A stretch of 64,000 nucleotides of DNA, from positions 1,907 through 65,906 of the forward strand of contig CAKONK010000004.1 in NCBI GenBank assembly GCA_934097085.1, given 5' to 3'. Source of the DNA: an uncultured Bacilli bacterium (GTDB lineage Bacteria > Bacillota_I > Bacilli_A > RF39 > UBA660). A model generated the notes under the pieces. That model saw only the letters and a list, made by a program, of their open reading frames with translations. It had not been told where the DNA came from and did not search any database. Shown here piece after piece: positions 1 through 9,286 of the stretch (the first letter of the stretch is position 1; the number at the start of each line of letters is the position of its first letter). The position numbers and the translations under genes are program-made.

Positions 1-116
1 CTATATTACTTAGCAAATTTTAATTCAGAAAGTAATAATATGGAAATAAATATGCAAAGAATTTATACAAAAAAATAAAAGATATGATATAATTAAATGG
101 CAAAAGGAGTGATCTT

Positions 117-776
117 ATGCTAGTTTATGGCAAAAATGTTTTATATGAAATTGATAGAAGTAAAATCAAAAAGGCTTATATTTCAAGAAATGATTATATA
201 CCATATTTAAAAGAAAATAATATTAAATATGAATATGTTGATAAAAATAGACTTGATAAATTGGTTGGTGGTGTTCATCAAGGTATAGTACTAGATATTT
301 TTGATTATTCATATTATACTTTTGATGATATCGAAGGCAATTTTATTGTTATGCTTGATCACTTAACTGATCCTCATAATTTTGGTGCTATAATTAGAAC
401 TTGTGAGAGCAAAGGTATTAAAACAATTATTATTCCAAAAGACAGAAGTGTTTTAGTAAATGATACTGTTTATAAAACAAGTGAGGGTGCTATTGATAAT
501 GTTAAAATTGTAATGGTAACAAATTTAATAAATACAATTAACAAATTAAAAGAAATGAATTATTTTGTATATTGTGCAGATATGGATGGAGAAGATTATC
601 GTAAAGTGTCTTATGCTAATAAAAAAGTTTTAGTTATTGGTAATGAAGGTTTAGGAATTAGTTCTGGAGTTAAGAAAAATAGTGATTTTGTAGTGGGAAT
701 ACCTATGAAAGGAAAAATTAATAGTTTAAATGCCTCAGTTTCTGCAGGAATATTAATATATAGGATGGATGATTAA
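117..776 (+). CDS. TrmH/SpoU-family RNA 2'-O-methyltransferase (RlmB-like, lacks N-terminal domain)
   Basis: 219 aa; SpoU motifs (GNEGLGIS); SD aaggag 8 nt upstream; position before sigH as in the Firmicute yacO-sigH arrangement. Confidence 0.75.
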   Translation: MLVYGKNVLYEIDRSKIKKAYISRNDYIPYLKENNIKYEYVDKNRLDKLVGGVHQGIVLDIFDYSYYTFDDIEGNFIVMLDHLTDPHNFGAIIRTCESKGIKTIIIPKDRSVLVNDTVYKTSEGAIDNVKIVMVTNLINTINKLKEMNYFVYCADMDGEDYRKVSYANKKVLVIGNEGLGISSGVKKNSDFVVGIPMKGKINSLNASVSAGILIYRMDD

Positions 777-1399
777 TGGATTATAACGAAATTGATGAGA
801 TGGATCTTATAACTTTGCTTGATGAAAATGATGAAAATGTTAGAAATATCATATATGATAAATATGCATATTTAGTTGATATTTTAATAAAAAAATATCA
901 AAGAGCAATCAGGTATTATAAAATTAATTATGATGAAATAAAATGTGAAGCTTTATATGCTTTCAGTGATGGAATTCATTCTTTTACATCTAATAAATAT
1001 GCCTCTTTAAAAACTTTTCTTTATGTATGTATTGAGAGAAGATTGTTAAAATATATTCGACATGCAATGAGCGGAAAACAACAAGTAATCAATGAATCAC
1101 TATCTATTGACTTTTTAATAAGCGATGATAATATTACACCAAAAGGACTTCTATCTGATGATAATAAAACTAATCCTTTACATAATTTAATGGAAAAAGA
1201 AAATTCTAATAAAATTTATCTACTTGCTAAAAACAATTTGTCAGAATTTGAATATACGGTGTTTAATTATATGGTAAATAACTTTTCATATAATGAAATA
1301 GCAAAAATTATGGATAAATCTCCCAAACAAATTGATAATGCAATAAAAAGAATTAAACTAAAAATGAAAGAATTAATCGAAAAAGAGGGATTAATTTAG
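776..1399 (+). CDS. sigH: sigma-70 family sigma factor, SigH-like
   Basis: 207 aa; C-terminal region 4 HTH (YNEIAKIMDKSPKQIDNAIKRIKLKMKEL) resembles B. subtilis SigH; ATGA overlap with upstream methylase. Confidence 0.6.
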   Translation: MDYNEIDEMDLITLLDENDENVRNIIYDKYAYLVDILIKKYQRAIRYYKINYDEIKCEALYAFSDGIHSFTSNKYASLKTFLYVCIERRLLKYIRHAMSGKQQVINESLSIDFLISDDNITPKGLLSDDNKTNPLHNLMEKENSNKIYLLAKNNLSEFEYTVFNYMVNNFSYNEIAKIMDKSPKQIDNAIKRIKLKMKELIEKEGLI

Positions 1400-1450
1400 C
1401 AAAAGTGCTTGCCAAACACCTTTTTTTTTGGTAGTATAGTAATGTCTTAT

Positions 1451-1527
1451 GGCGGAATTGGTGAAGTGGTTAACACGGTAGATTGTGGCTCTATTATGCA
1501 AGGGTTCGACTCCCTTATTTCGCCCCA
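1451..1527 (+). tRNA. tRNA-His (anticodon GTG), with extra 5' G-1 and encoded CCA
   Basis: Manual cloverleaf fold: 7-bp acceptor, anticodon stem gtaga/tctat, loop ttGTGgc, T-arm aaggg-ttcgact-ccctt, discriminator C pairing with G-1. Confidence 0.8.
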
Positions 1528-1538
1528 TAGATAATATT

Positions 1539-1561
1539 ACTCTCTTTTAGAGAGTTTTTTT
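1539..1561 (+). terminator. rho-independent terminator after tRNA-His
   Basis: Hairpin ctctc-tttt-gagag followed by a 7-T run. Confidence 0.5.
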
Positions 1562-1649
1562 CAACTAAAAATATAGTTAACTCAACTACTAGTTTATTGC
1601 AAAATAATATATATAAAAGTATAATTTTTTTATAAGAGGTGAAAAAATT

Positions 1650-2768
1650 ATGATTTATTTAGATTATGCTGCAAATACTCCGGTAGATAAAAGAGTTTTA
1701 GAAAAATATAATGAAATTACCTTAAAATATTTTGGTAATCCAAATAGTTTGCATGAATTAGGTGTTGAAGCTAAAAAAGAAATTGATAATTCCAGTGAAA
1801 TTATTGCAAATTATTTTAATACAAAAAAAGAAAATATTATTTATACAAGTGGTTCTAGTGAATCGAATAATTTAGTTATAAAGGGAATAGCAGATAGATA
1901 TCAAAATAAAGGTAAACATATAATTGTATCTGAAATTGAGCATTCATCAGTTATAGCACCGTGCAATTATCTTTCCTCAAAAGGATTTGATATAACAGTT
2001 ATTTCATTAGATAAAAATGGTAATGTTGATTTAGAACAATTAAAAAAATCTTTAAGAAAGGATACTATTTTAGTAAGTATTGCTGTAGTTGATTCTGAAC
2101 TTGGAACAATTCAACCAATAAGTGAAATTGCTAAAATTGTTAAAGAAAATTCTAATGCATATTTTCATACTGATGCAACACAGGCAATAGGAAAAGTTAG
2201 TATTGATTATAAATATGTTGATTTTTTAACTTTTGCACCTCATAAATTTTTTGGTATTAATGGTGCTGGCATATTAATTAATTTTAATGATATAAAAATT
2301 ACTCCCTTAATACATGGTGGAAAATCTACTACAATTTATCGAAGTGGAACGCCGGTTACCGCAAACGCAGTTTGCACGGCAATGGCATTACAACTTGCTA
2401 CGAAAGATTTAGAGAAAAAGATTAATTATGTAAAAGAATTAAATAGTTATTTAATAAAAAATTTAAAAATGATAAATGGTATATGCATAAATAATCCTAA
2501 GTATGCAATACCTAATACAATTAATTTTAGTATTAAAAATGCCAAAATAATTGTAAATAAACTTTATGAAAAAGGTGTATATGTTTCAATGCAATCAGCA
2601 TGCTCACTTGGAACAAGCCCCTCAAAGTCTGTTTATGCTCTTACTAAAAACAAAGAAAGAGCAAGTAATTCAATTAGGATAAGTATTGCGTATATAACAA
2701 CTAAAAAGCAAATAAATGAATTTTTGCTTATTTTAAAGGAGGTTATTAATGAAGATAATAATTATTAA
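1650..2768 (+). CDS. cysteine desulfurase, NifS/IscS family (class V aminotransferase)
   Basis: 372 aa; PLP-lysine region FAPHKFFG, overall NifS-like layout. Confidence 0.8.
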   Translation: MIYLDYAANTPVDKRVLEKYNEITLKYFGNPNSLHELGVEAKKEIDNSSEIIANYFNTKKENIIYTSGSSESNNLVIKGIADRYQNKGKHIIVSEIEHSSVIAPCNYLSSKGFDITVISLDKNGNVDLEQLKKSLRKDTILVSIAVVDSELGTIQPISEIAKIVKENSNAYFHTDATQAIGKVSIDYKYVDFLTFAPHKFFGINGAGILINFNDIKITPLIHGGKSTTIYRSGTPVTANAVCTAMALQLATKDLEKKINYVKELNSYLIKNLKMINGICINNPKYAIPNTINFSIKNAKIIVNKLYEKGVYVSMQSACSLGTSPSKSVYALTKNKERASNSIRISIAYITTKKQINEFLLILKEVINEDNNY

Positions 2769-3009
2769 TGCAATGTGGTGTCCAGGTTGTTTAATATCTA
2801 AAAGCATTTGGAATGAAATAAAACTATTATATCCAAATATAGAGTATATTAATTATGATTATGATTTAGATGAAGATAATATTTTAAAATATAATATTGG
2901 AGATATTGTTCCAGTTGTTATATTTGAAAAGGATAATATTGAAATAAAAAGAATCATTGGTGAAAAAAGTAAAAAACAAATATTAGATATAATGGAGAAA
3001 ATTTTATGA
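2749..3009 (+). CDS. small thioredoxin/glutaredoxin-like protein
   Basis: 86 aa; WCPGC redox motif at N-terminus. Confidence 0.6.
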   Translation: MKIIIINAMWCPGCLISKSIWNEIKLLYPNIEYINYDYDLDEDNILKYNIGDIVPVVIFEKDNIEIKRIIGEKSKKQILDIMEKIL

Positions 3010-4193
3010 AAAAGATATTAAGATACATATTATTATTAATAGTTTTAATTCCCCTTAATATATTTGCAATAAGTAAAGAATATACAGATGTTACTTATAA
3101 AATAACTAATTCTAAAATTGAGGAAGGAAAAATCAATTTATATTTTTTTAGAATGGATGGATGTCCTCATTGTGCCGAAGAAGAAATATGGCTTAAAGAT
3201 ATTAAAGAAAAATATAATGATTATTTAAATGTCTATGAGTATGAAGTAAAAAATAATAAAACTAATAGAAAATATTATAATGAGGTAAAAAAAGCTTTAA
3301 ATGATGATGTAACAAAAAGTGTACCTTATACAGTTATTGGAAAAACTTATTTTGTAGGATTTTCAGAAACTGTAGGTGTACAAATTGAAAATAAGATAAA
3401 AGAATTAATTAATGATAATGTAAATAATGAAAATATAAATAATGAAGATGTTAAGATTCCTATATTAGGAAATGTTAATATGAAAAAAGTTTCCATTCCT
3501 TTAGTTGCAATAATCTTGGGAGCAGTTGATGGATTTAATCCATGTGCTATGTGGATACTTTTATTACTTATTAATATGTGTATATCTATTAAAGATAAAA
3601 AGAAAATGAGAATCGTTGGTTTTACTTTTATATTATCTTCAGGATTAGTATATTTTCTTTCAATGTTAGGCATTGGTTTTATTCTAGATTTTTCTACAGT
3701 AATATATATAAGAAACATTATTGCTATTTTAGCAGTTATTTTAGGAATTTATAATTTATATGTATATATTAAAACAAGAAAAGATACTGGTTGCCATGTT
3801 ATGAAAAAAGAAAAAAGAAAAAGTGTTATAAATAGAATAAATAAGATATTAGAAAAGAAAAGTTTAATATTAATGATACTAGGAACAACTATTTTATCAG
3901 TATCAGTAAATTTAGTTGAACTTGCTTGTTCACTTGGATTTCCAACAATATTTTTAGAGATATTAACATTAAATAAAATTATTGGTTTAAATAAAGTACG
4001 GTATTTATTAATATATATATTCTTTTATATTATTGATGATTTAATTATATTAATTTTATCTTTAAAAGCATTTGAGACTAAAGGCATATCAACTAAATAT
4101 AATAAATATGTTAATTTAATCGCGGGTATATTACTTGTACTTATGGGTATACTTTTAATATTTAAACCTGAATGGGTAATGCTTAATTTTTAG
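3006..4193 (+). CDS. thiol:disulfide interchange membrane protein (Trx-fold domain fused to CcdA/DsbD-like transmembrane domain)
   Basis: 395 aa; signal/TM, DGCPHC Trx motif, then polytopic domain with conserved NPC cysteine (DGFNPCAMW). Confidence 0.55.
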   Translation: MKKILRYILLLIVLIPLNIFAISKEYTDVTYKITNSKIEEGKINLYFFRMDGCPHCAEEEIWLKDIKEKYNDYLNVYEYEVKNNKTNRKYYNEVKKALNDDVTKSVPYTVIGKTYFVGFSETVGVQIENKIKELINDNVNNENINNEDVKIPILGNVNMKKVSIPLVAIILGAVDGFNPCAMWILLLLINMCISIKDKKKMRIVGFTFILSSGLVYFLSMLGIGFILDFSTVIYIRNIIAILAVILGIYNLYVYIKTRKDTGCHVMKKEKRKSVINRINKILEKKSLILMILGTTILSVSVNLVELACSLGFPTIFLEILTLNKIIGLNKVRYLLIYIFFYIIDDLIILILSLKAFETKGISTKYNKYVNLIAGILLVLMGILLIFKPEWVMLNF

Positions 4194-4225
4194 GAAGTTT
4201 TATACTTCTTTTTTGTTTTTATTTT
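4194..4225 (+). terminator. putative rho-independent terminator
   Basis: gaagt-tttat-acttc hairpin followed by a T-rich run. Confidence 0.4.
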
Positions 4226-4286
4226 ATTTTAATTAAAATATATATTATAATATATATAGTACTTATTGTACTAAAAAGGAAATATT

Positions 4287-4775
4287 ATGGAATATGATAA
4301 AGAGTTTTTAGAAATTATTAAACCAATTATTAATAATAAAGAGTTTATAAAAAGAAAAGATTTTCATCATCATGAAAATGAATCAGTATATGAACATTGT
4401 ATGAAAGTAGCTTACTTATCTTATTTATATTGTAAAAAACATCGTTTAGATTATAAATCAGCTACTATCGGAGGGTTACTCCATGATTTTTACTATAAAG
4501 ATTGGCAGTTAAATAGAGTCCATAAATCATTTTTTAAAATGCATGGCTTTGTTCATGCTAGGGAGGCTTTAGAAAATTCAAGAAAAACTTTTCCAAACCT
4601 CATGAATAAAAAGATTGAAAATATTATTTTAAGGCATATGTTTCCACTTAATATAGCATTTCCTAAATATAAAGAAAGTTGGGTAGTAACTTTAATGGAT
4701 AAAAAATGTTCTTTTAAAATATTAAAACATCCAAAAAGTTATTTAAAATACTTGGGTATTAGAAAGAAGGGTTAG
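4287..4775 (+). CDS. HD-domain phosphohydrolase
   Basis: 162 aa; H...HD motif (LLHDF) and N-terminal His cluster. Confidence 0.55.
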   Translation: MEYDKEFLEIIKPIINNKEFIKRKDFHHHENESVYEHCMKVAYLSYLYCKKHRLDYKSATIGGLLHDFYYKDWQLNRVHKSFFKMHGFVHAREALENSRKTFPNLMNKKIENIILRHMFPLNIAFPKYKESWVVTLMDKKCSFKILKHPKSYLKYLGIRKKG

Positions 4776-4777
4776 TT

Positions 4778-5542
4778 ATGAAAATTAAGATTTATTTTAT
4801 ATTATTTATGCTTTATTCAATATTTGGATGGATTTGTGAAGAAATAGTTACTTATGATCATAAAAAAGGTTTTATTAACAGGGGATTTTTATTAGGACCA
4901 TATTGTCCAATTTATGGGTATTCTGCAATATTTATGACCATTCTTTTAAATAGGTTTTCAAATTCTTTAGCGATATTTTCTTTAGCACTTATAATATGTT
5001 CGACAGTGGAATATTTATCAAGTTATGTTATGGAAAAATTATTTAATGCTAGATGGTGGGATTACTCTAAAAAACCATTTAATATAAATGGTAGAATATG
5101 TCTTAAAAATGCACTTTGCTTTGGGGTAATGGGCCTTATTCTTATTAAAGTTGTTGATCCATACTTAAGAACAGTAATATTAAGATTTTCTTCACTTAAA
5201 ATCAATATTGCTTTTTATGTAATGCTTATTACATTCATACTTGACAACATTCTTTCATACAAATTAATATTTAAAATAAAAAGTGAAAATACTTTTAAGA
5301 AAAGAGATAATACAAGAGAAATATCTCAAAAAGGTAAAGAAATATTAAGTAAGTCATTACTTGGTAATAAATTTGTAATTATTTTTCCAGAGAAATTAAA
5401 AGAGGGAAAAGAAAAAATTATTAAACAAAAAGAAAAAATTAAAAAGAAACAAGAGAAATTTAAAAATGAGATAAAAAAAGAAAAGAGTAAATTAAAGGAA
5501 AAAGTAAAAAATGAAAGAAGTAAGTCAAAAGGGAAAAAATAA
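4778..5542 (+). CDS. polytopic membrane protein, CmpB-like (putative ABC-transporter type IV family), with poly-Lys/Glu C-terminal tail
   Basis: 254 aa; motifs GFINRGFLLGPYCPIYG and WWDYSKKPFNINGRIC shared with the next ORF; 60-aa K/E-rich tail. Confidence 0.45.
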   Translation: MKIKIYFILFMLYSIFGWICEEIVTYDHKKGFINRGFLLGPYCPIYGYSAIFMTILLNRFSNSLAIFSLALIICSTVEYLSSYVMEKLFNARWWDYSKKPFNINGRICLKNALCFGVMGLILIKVVDPYLRTVILRFSSLKINIAFYVMLITFILDNILSYKLIFKIKSENTFKKRDNTREISQKGKEILSKSLLGNKFVIIFPEKLKEGKEKIIKQKEKIKKKQEKFKNEIKKEKSKLKEKVKNERSKSKGKK

Positions 5543-6071
5543 CTTATTTATTTATATAATGCTTTTCTTTACTTTAGCTTTTATAGGTTGGTGTTTTGAG
5601 GTTCTTAATGAAATTAGAAAAGGTCACGGATTTATAAATCGTGGAGTACTTCATGGTCCTTTGCTTCCTATTTATGGCTTTGGTGGACTCATTATTTATA
5701 TTTTATTAAAAAAATTTTATAAAAAACCAATAATTGTGTTTTCACTATCATTTATAATAAGTGCAGTTATCGAGTATGCAACATCCTTTTATTTAGAATT
5801 AACCAAAGGTATGGTATGGTGGGATTACTCAAAAAAGCCATTTAATTTAAATGGTAGAATATGTTTTTTATATACATTAGTATTTGCCTTATTTGCAACA
5901 ATTCTTTATTATTTTGTTATTCCAAAAATAATAAACTTATTAAAAAAAATTAATTATAAAGTTTTATCAGCAATTAGTATTATACTTCTTTCATTATATT
6001 TAGTAGATAATATTTACTCTACGAAAAAGCCAAACATTGTAAGAGGAGCTCATATTGTAAGAAAAAACTAG
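5511..6071 (+). CDS. polytopic membrane protein, paralog of the upstream CmpB-like gene
   Basis: 186 aa; same GFINRGVLHGPLLPIYG / WWDYSKKPFNLNGRIC motifs. Confidence 0.45.
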   Translation: MKEVSQKGKNNLFIYIMLFFTLAFIGWCFEVLNEIRKGHGFINRGVLHGPLLPIYGFGGLIIYILLKKFYKKPIIVFSLSFIISAVIEYATSFYLELTKGMVWWDYSKKPFNLNGRICFLYTLVFALFATILYYFVIPKIINLLKKINYKVLSAISIILLSLYLVDNIYSTKKPNIVRGAHIVRKN

Positions 6072-6100
6072 AAAGTTTAAAATAATTTTCTAGTTTTTAT
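6068..6100. terminator. bidirectional terminator between convergent genes
   Basis: 7-bp stem ctagaaa/tttctag with T-runs on both strands. Confidence 0.45.
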
Positions 6101-7223
6101 AATATACATTAATATCAACATAATTATTAATTCCATCGACTTTACCATTACTAGCCAGTTGCCACATTACATAATCACCTTTATATGAGGTTTCTTTTGT
6201 ATAGTGTGCAAGCCATATATCATAATCTATAGGAAGCCAAATATATTCAAGATATGATTTACTTGCATAGTGAACTGGTGTGTAGCCTGCATCTTTAATA
6301 GTTTTTAAAAATGCATTTGAGGCACCTCTTAAATCAAATAAATTCATTTGACCAGCATTAAAGTAGTTAAAACTTTCCCAATCAAAGGCAATTGGCATTT
6401 CAATCTTGTAACCTTTTATATTTTCAAGTACGAAATTTGCTTCCTGGGTAGCATCTTTTTCATTTTTAGCATAAGAATAGAAATATAAACCTATCTTAAT
6501 TCCCACTTTAGAGGCTCCCTCAATGTTTTTTTGAAAATAAGGGTCAAGTGATAGCGGTTCATCATAAAAGTATCTGTAACCTAGTCTAATGATGGCAAAT
6601 TCAACACCAGCATCTTTAACTTTTTGCCAATCTATGTTTCCTTGATATTTTGAAACATCAATGCCGACTAAAGTATTATCATTTTTTCTTTCATTATAAA
6701 CATCTTTAAAATCTAGATAATTAGTTAAAGTATTTGAATAAGAACCACCAGCACCGCTACTTTTTTCTTTAACAACTAATTTAAAATCTTTACTTGAACT
6801 ATTACCTGAATAGTCAGTACAAGTAAAAGTTAAATCATAAGTTCCATAGGTATTTATATCAAAATCTCCCGTTATATTTGTTATTGGAGTTCTATCGGCA
6901 TTATCCATACAGGTTAGTTCTTTAGAAATGTCTTCATTATAACCTGGTGTTCTTGTTATCGTACTTCCTATCCATATAATTGGTTTTTCATTATCTATAA
7001 CATTATAACTTATTTGATATTCTTTTTTATTGCAAATCATAGTATCATTATGTTTACCTAACTTTAATGTATCAAGCACTTTACTTTGACATTTAAATTT
7101 CTTATCAGTTATATTTTTTATATCAACTTTAGCTCCATAGTCAAAAGTATCCTTATTTAGGATAATATTTTTTTTACATGAACATAAAAATAATAAACAA
7201 ATTATTAACAAAATCTTCTTCAT
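6090..7223 (-). CDS. lipoprotein with GH25 muramidase (lysozyme) domain
   Basis: 377 aa; lipobox LLFLCSC; GH25 signature GIDVSKYQGNIDWQKVKDAGVEFAIIRLGYR. Confidence 0.75.
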   Translation of the reverse strand: MKKILLIICLLFLCSCKKNIILNKDTFDYGAKVDIKNITDKKFKCQSKVLDTLKLGKHNDTMICNKKEYQISYNVIDNEKPIIWIGSTITRTPGYNEDISKELTCMDNADRTPITNITGDFDINTYGTYDLTFTCTDYSGNSSSKDFKLVVKEKSSGAGGSYSNTLTNYLDFKDVYNERKNDNTLVGIDVSKYQGNIDWQKVKDAGVEFAIIRLGYRYFYDEPLSLDPYFQKNIEGASKVGIKIGLYFYSYAKNEKDATQEANFVLENIKGYKIEMPIAFDWESFNYFNAGQMNLFDLRGASNAFLKTIKDAGYTPVHYASKSYLEYIWLPIDYDIWLAHYTKETSYKGDYVMWQLASNGKVDGINNYVDINVYYKN

Positions 7224-7282
7224 ACACTAATTGTATCAATATTTATTTGATAGTACAATATTTTTATGGTAATATATTATTT

Positions 7283-7966
7283 ATGGAACAGATAGGTAGT
7301 ATAATAAAGGACATCCGTAAGAAAAATAATTTAACGCAAAATGAATTTGCGTCTATTTTGGGTGTTACTTTTCAAGCTGTTTCAAAATGGGAAAATGATA
7401 AAAGTATTCCTGATATTACCATTTTAAAAGATATATCAAATAAATTTAATGTTGATTTAAACTATTTAATTAGTGGTAAAAAAGTAAATATAAATAAAAA
7501 ATCAATTTTCAAAAAAAATATGATAATTATTACAGTTATTATATTTATAATCATAAGTGTTTGTGTATTTTTATTTTTCCATAAACATAATTATGAATTT
7601 AAAACTTTAAATGGAGAAACGAAAGATATAAAAGTTACAGGAAGTATAACTTATGATGAAAGTAAATCATCAATATATTTAAATGTTGATTATAATGCTG
7701 ATGATACTCAAAAATATTCATATATAAAATGCATTTTATATGAAAAACATCAAGATATTTTAAATGTTATTTCTGAAAAAGAATATTTAGAAAATACTCC
7801 AGTTTCCTTAAAAGAGTATTTAAAAATGATATCTTTTGTAATTAATGATTATTCTCCATCATGTAAATATTATAAGGATAGTAGTTTATTTTTAGAAATT
7901 AGTGCTAAAATTGATGAGGAAAAAAGTGTTACTTATAAAGTTCCAATAAAATTTAAAAATTGTTAA
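7283..7966 (+). CDS. XRE-family HTH transcriptional regulator with a transmembrane segment and extracytoplasmic domain
   Basis: HTH_3 (LTQNEFASILGVTFQAVSKWENDKSIPD); TM helix about aa 110-130; start moved to ATG 7283 to avoid overlap with the minus-strand gene. Confidence 0.65.
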   Translation: MEQIGSIIKDIRKKNNLTQNEFASILGVTFQAVSKWENDKSIPDITILKDISNKFNVDLNYLISGKKVNINKKSIFKKNMIIITVIIFIIISVCVFLFFHKHNYEFKTLNGETKDIKVTGSITYDESKSSIYLNVDYNADDTQKYSYIKCILYEKHQDILNVISEKEYLENTPVSLKEYLKMISFVINDYSPSCKYYKDSSLFLEISAKIDEEKSVTYKVPIKFKNC

Positions 7967-8049
7967 GATGTAAAAAGCATCTTAGACTGTTGACAAAAGG
8001 GTATTATTTGAAAATTAATACTTTTGCTTGCTTTAATATATTTTTATAT

Positions 8050-8330
8050 ATGGTTTGAAATATTTCTATACTTCTGTATCTTCTTATATAATTTTATCTT
8101 TATGTACTATAAAAAGACATTTTATCATCCATTGGCAATCCAAAATACCATCTATAAGCCATATTAATTTCACATTCTTCACCTGTTTTTCTCATTGAAT
8201 TTATTTCAAATATATAATTTATTATCAACAAATTAAAAAGTACAAGTAGTGCTATACTTGGTTTTCTAAATGAACTATATAAAGATTTTACTTCATCCTC
8301 AATAAATTTAAATTTGTTGCCTTATTTAGT
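8050..8330 (-). pseudogene. IS5/IS1182-type transposase N-terminal (DUF772) remnant
   Basis: Minus-strand frame translates to ...RKPSIALLVLFNLLIINYIFEINSMRKTGEECEINMAYRWYFGLPMDDKMSFYST...; aYRWfGL is the InsH N-terminal hallmark; no start codon, no DDE domain. Confidence 0.5.
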
Positions 8331-8561
8331 TTTCTAATCAAATGTTCTCTAGGTACTATATCATTTATTGTTTTTAATATAATATAATATAATCATTTAT
8401 AAATTTTTGTCTTGTCATATCACATCCTTAATTTAACCATCTATATTATCTCATTTTTTACATAAAAATAAAAAGACTATTGGCAAAATTTACTTTGTCA
8501 AAAGTCTGAATGCTTTAATTAGCACTTTTTTTATTAGTTTTATATATGTATCTACATTTTT

Positions 8562-9134
8562 TTATTTTAAAGATTCTATAAAGCCATTAATTTCGTCACT
8601 ATTATTAAAATAAAAAGCATATCCTTTATTATTATAACCAACTAATAATATGTCTTCTCTATTAGCATAATTTAATGAAAAAACTTTTTGATTATGCGTT
8701 TCACTTCGATTAGTACTATTAACACTTACATAATATGTAAGTGATTTTGGTGGACAACCCATCCATGAATATGTTATGTCTTTATCAACTGATTTTGCTG
8801 TTTTTAATTTGTTAATTATAGTATCAATTGTATTATTTGATACTGAAATATTATTTTGCTCTGTTTCTGGTGGTTCATTTGCAGTTGTAGTTTTCTCGAC
8901 ACATTTACTAATAAATGCTGTTATATTATTTTTTTGAACTGAAGAATGTAATGTATTTGATAATTCATTAAAATCAAAATCAAGATTTGTACTATTATTA
9001 TTTTTTGTATTATTTACAAAACTTTCTTTCTTGCCAAATATACCTTTATCATAACAAATGAATCCAATTAAACCTAATATTATTATTACACATAATACTA
9101 TAGTTATAATTAAACCTTTAGTTTTATTTTCCAC
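8562..9134 (-). CDS. membrane-anchored hypothetical protein
   Basis: 190 aa; N-terminal TM helix; Asn/Thr-rich ectodomain; no recognisable motif. Confidence 0.35.
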   Translation of the reverse strand: MENKTKGLIITIVLCVIIILGLIGFICYDKGIFGKKESFVNNTKNNNSTNLDFDFNELSNTLHSSVQKNNITAFISKCVEKTTTANEPPETEQNNISVSNNTIDTIINKLKTAKSVDKDITYSWMGCPPKSLTYYVSVNSTNRSETHNQKVFSLNYANREDILLVGYNNKGYAFYFNNSDEINGFIESLK

Positions 9135-9286
9135 ATTTATCCTCCTTCCATTTTAAGTATATCAAAATTAATAAAAAATTAAATATTATTTATCAAGTTT
9201 TTATAAAAATGGATACAAAAATATTCAAATAACATCTTTTTTTTATTAACTTTTTAGTGTATACTATTAATATAATAGGTGAGAAA

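Noticed and set aside
3347-3718. Antisense ORF inside the Trx-DsbD gene (123 aa)
   Set aside because: Low-complexity, embedded in a well-supported + strand gene, and has no SD. The same applies to minus or embedded ORFs at 10079..10267, 13673..13894, 15091..15912, 16484..16699, 19125..19328, 21429..21611, 22227..22433, 36908..37114, 41904..42161, 42971..43177, 45247..45567, 46377..46565, 48918..49142, 49651..49836, 50176..50517, 51302..51493, 51865..52077, 54866..55087, 60137..60331 and 63439..63654.
7178-7282. Upstream extension of the XRE regulator ORF
   Set aside because: It would overlap the convergent lysozyme gene start. The internal ATG at 7283 gives a normal HTH N-terminus.
9257-9286. 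Upstream start for the beta-lactamase-like gene (similarly 10716 and 31892 for their ORFs)
   Set aside because: The internal ATGs are preceded by better Shine-Dalgarno sequences and avoid overlap with upstream genes.
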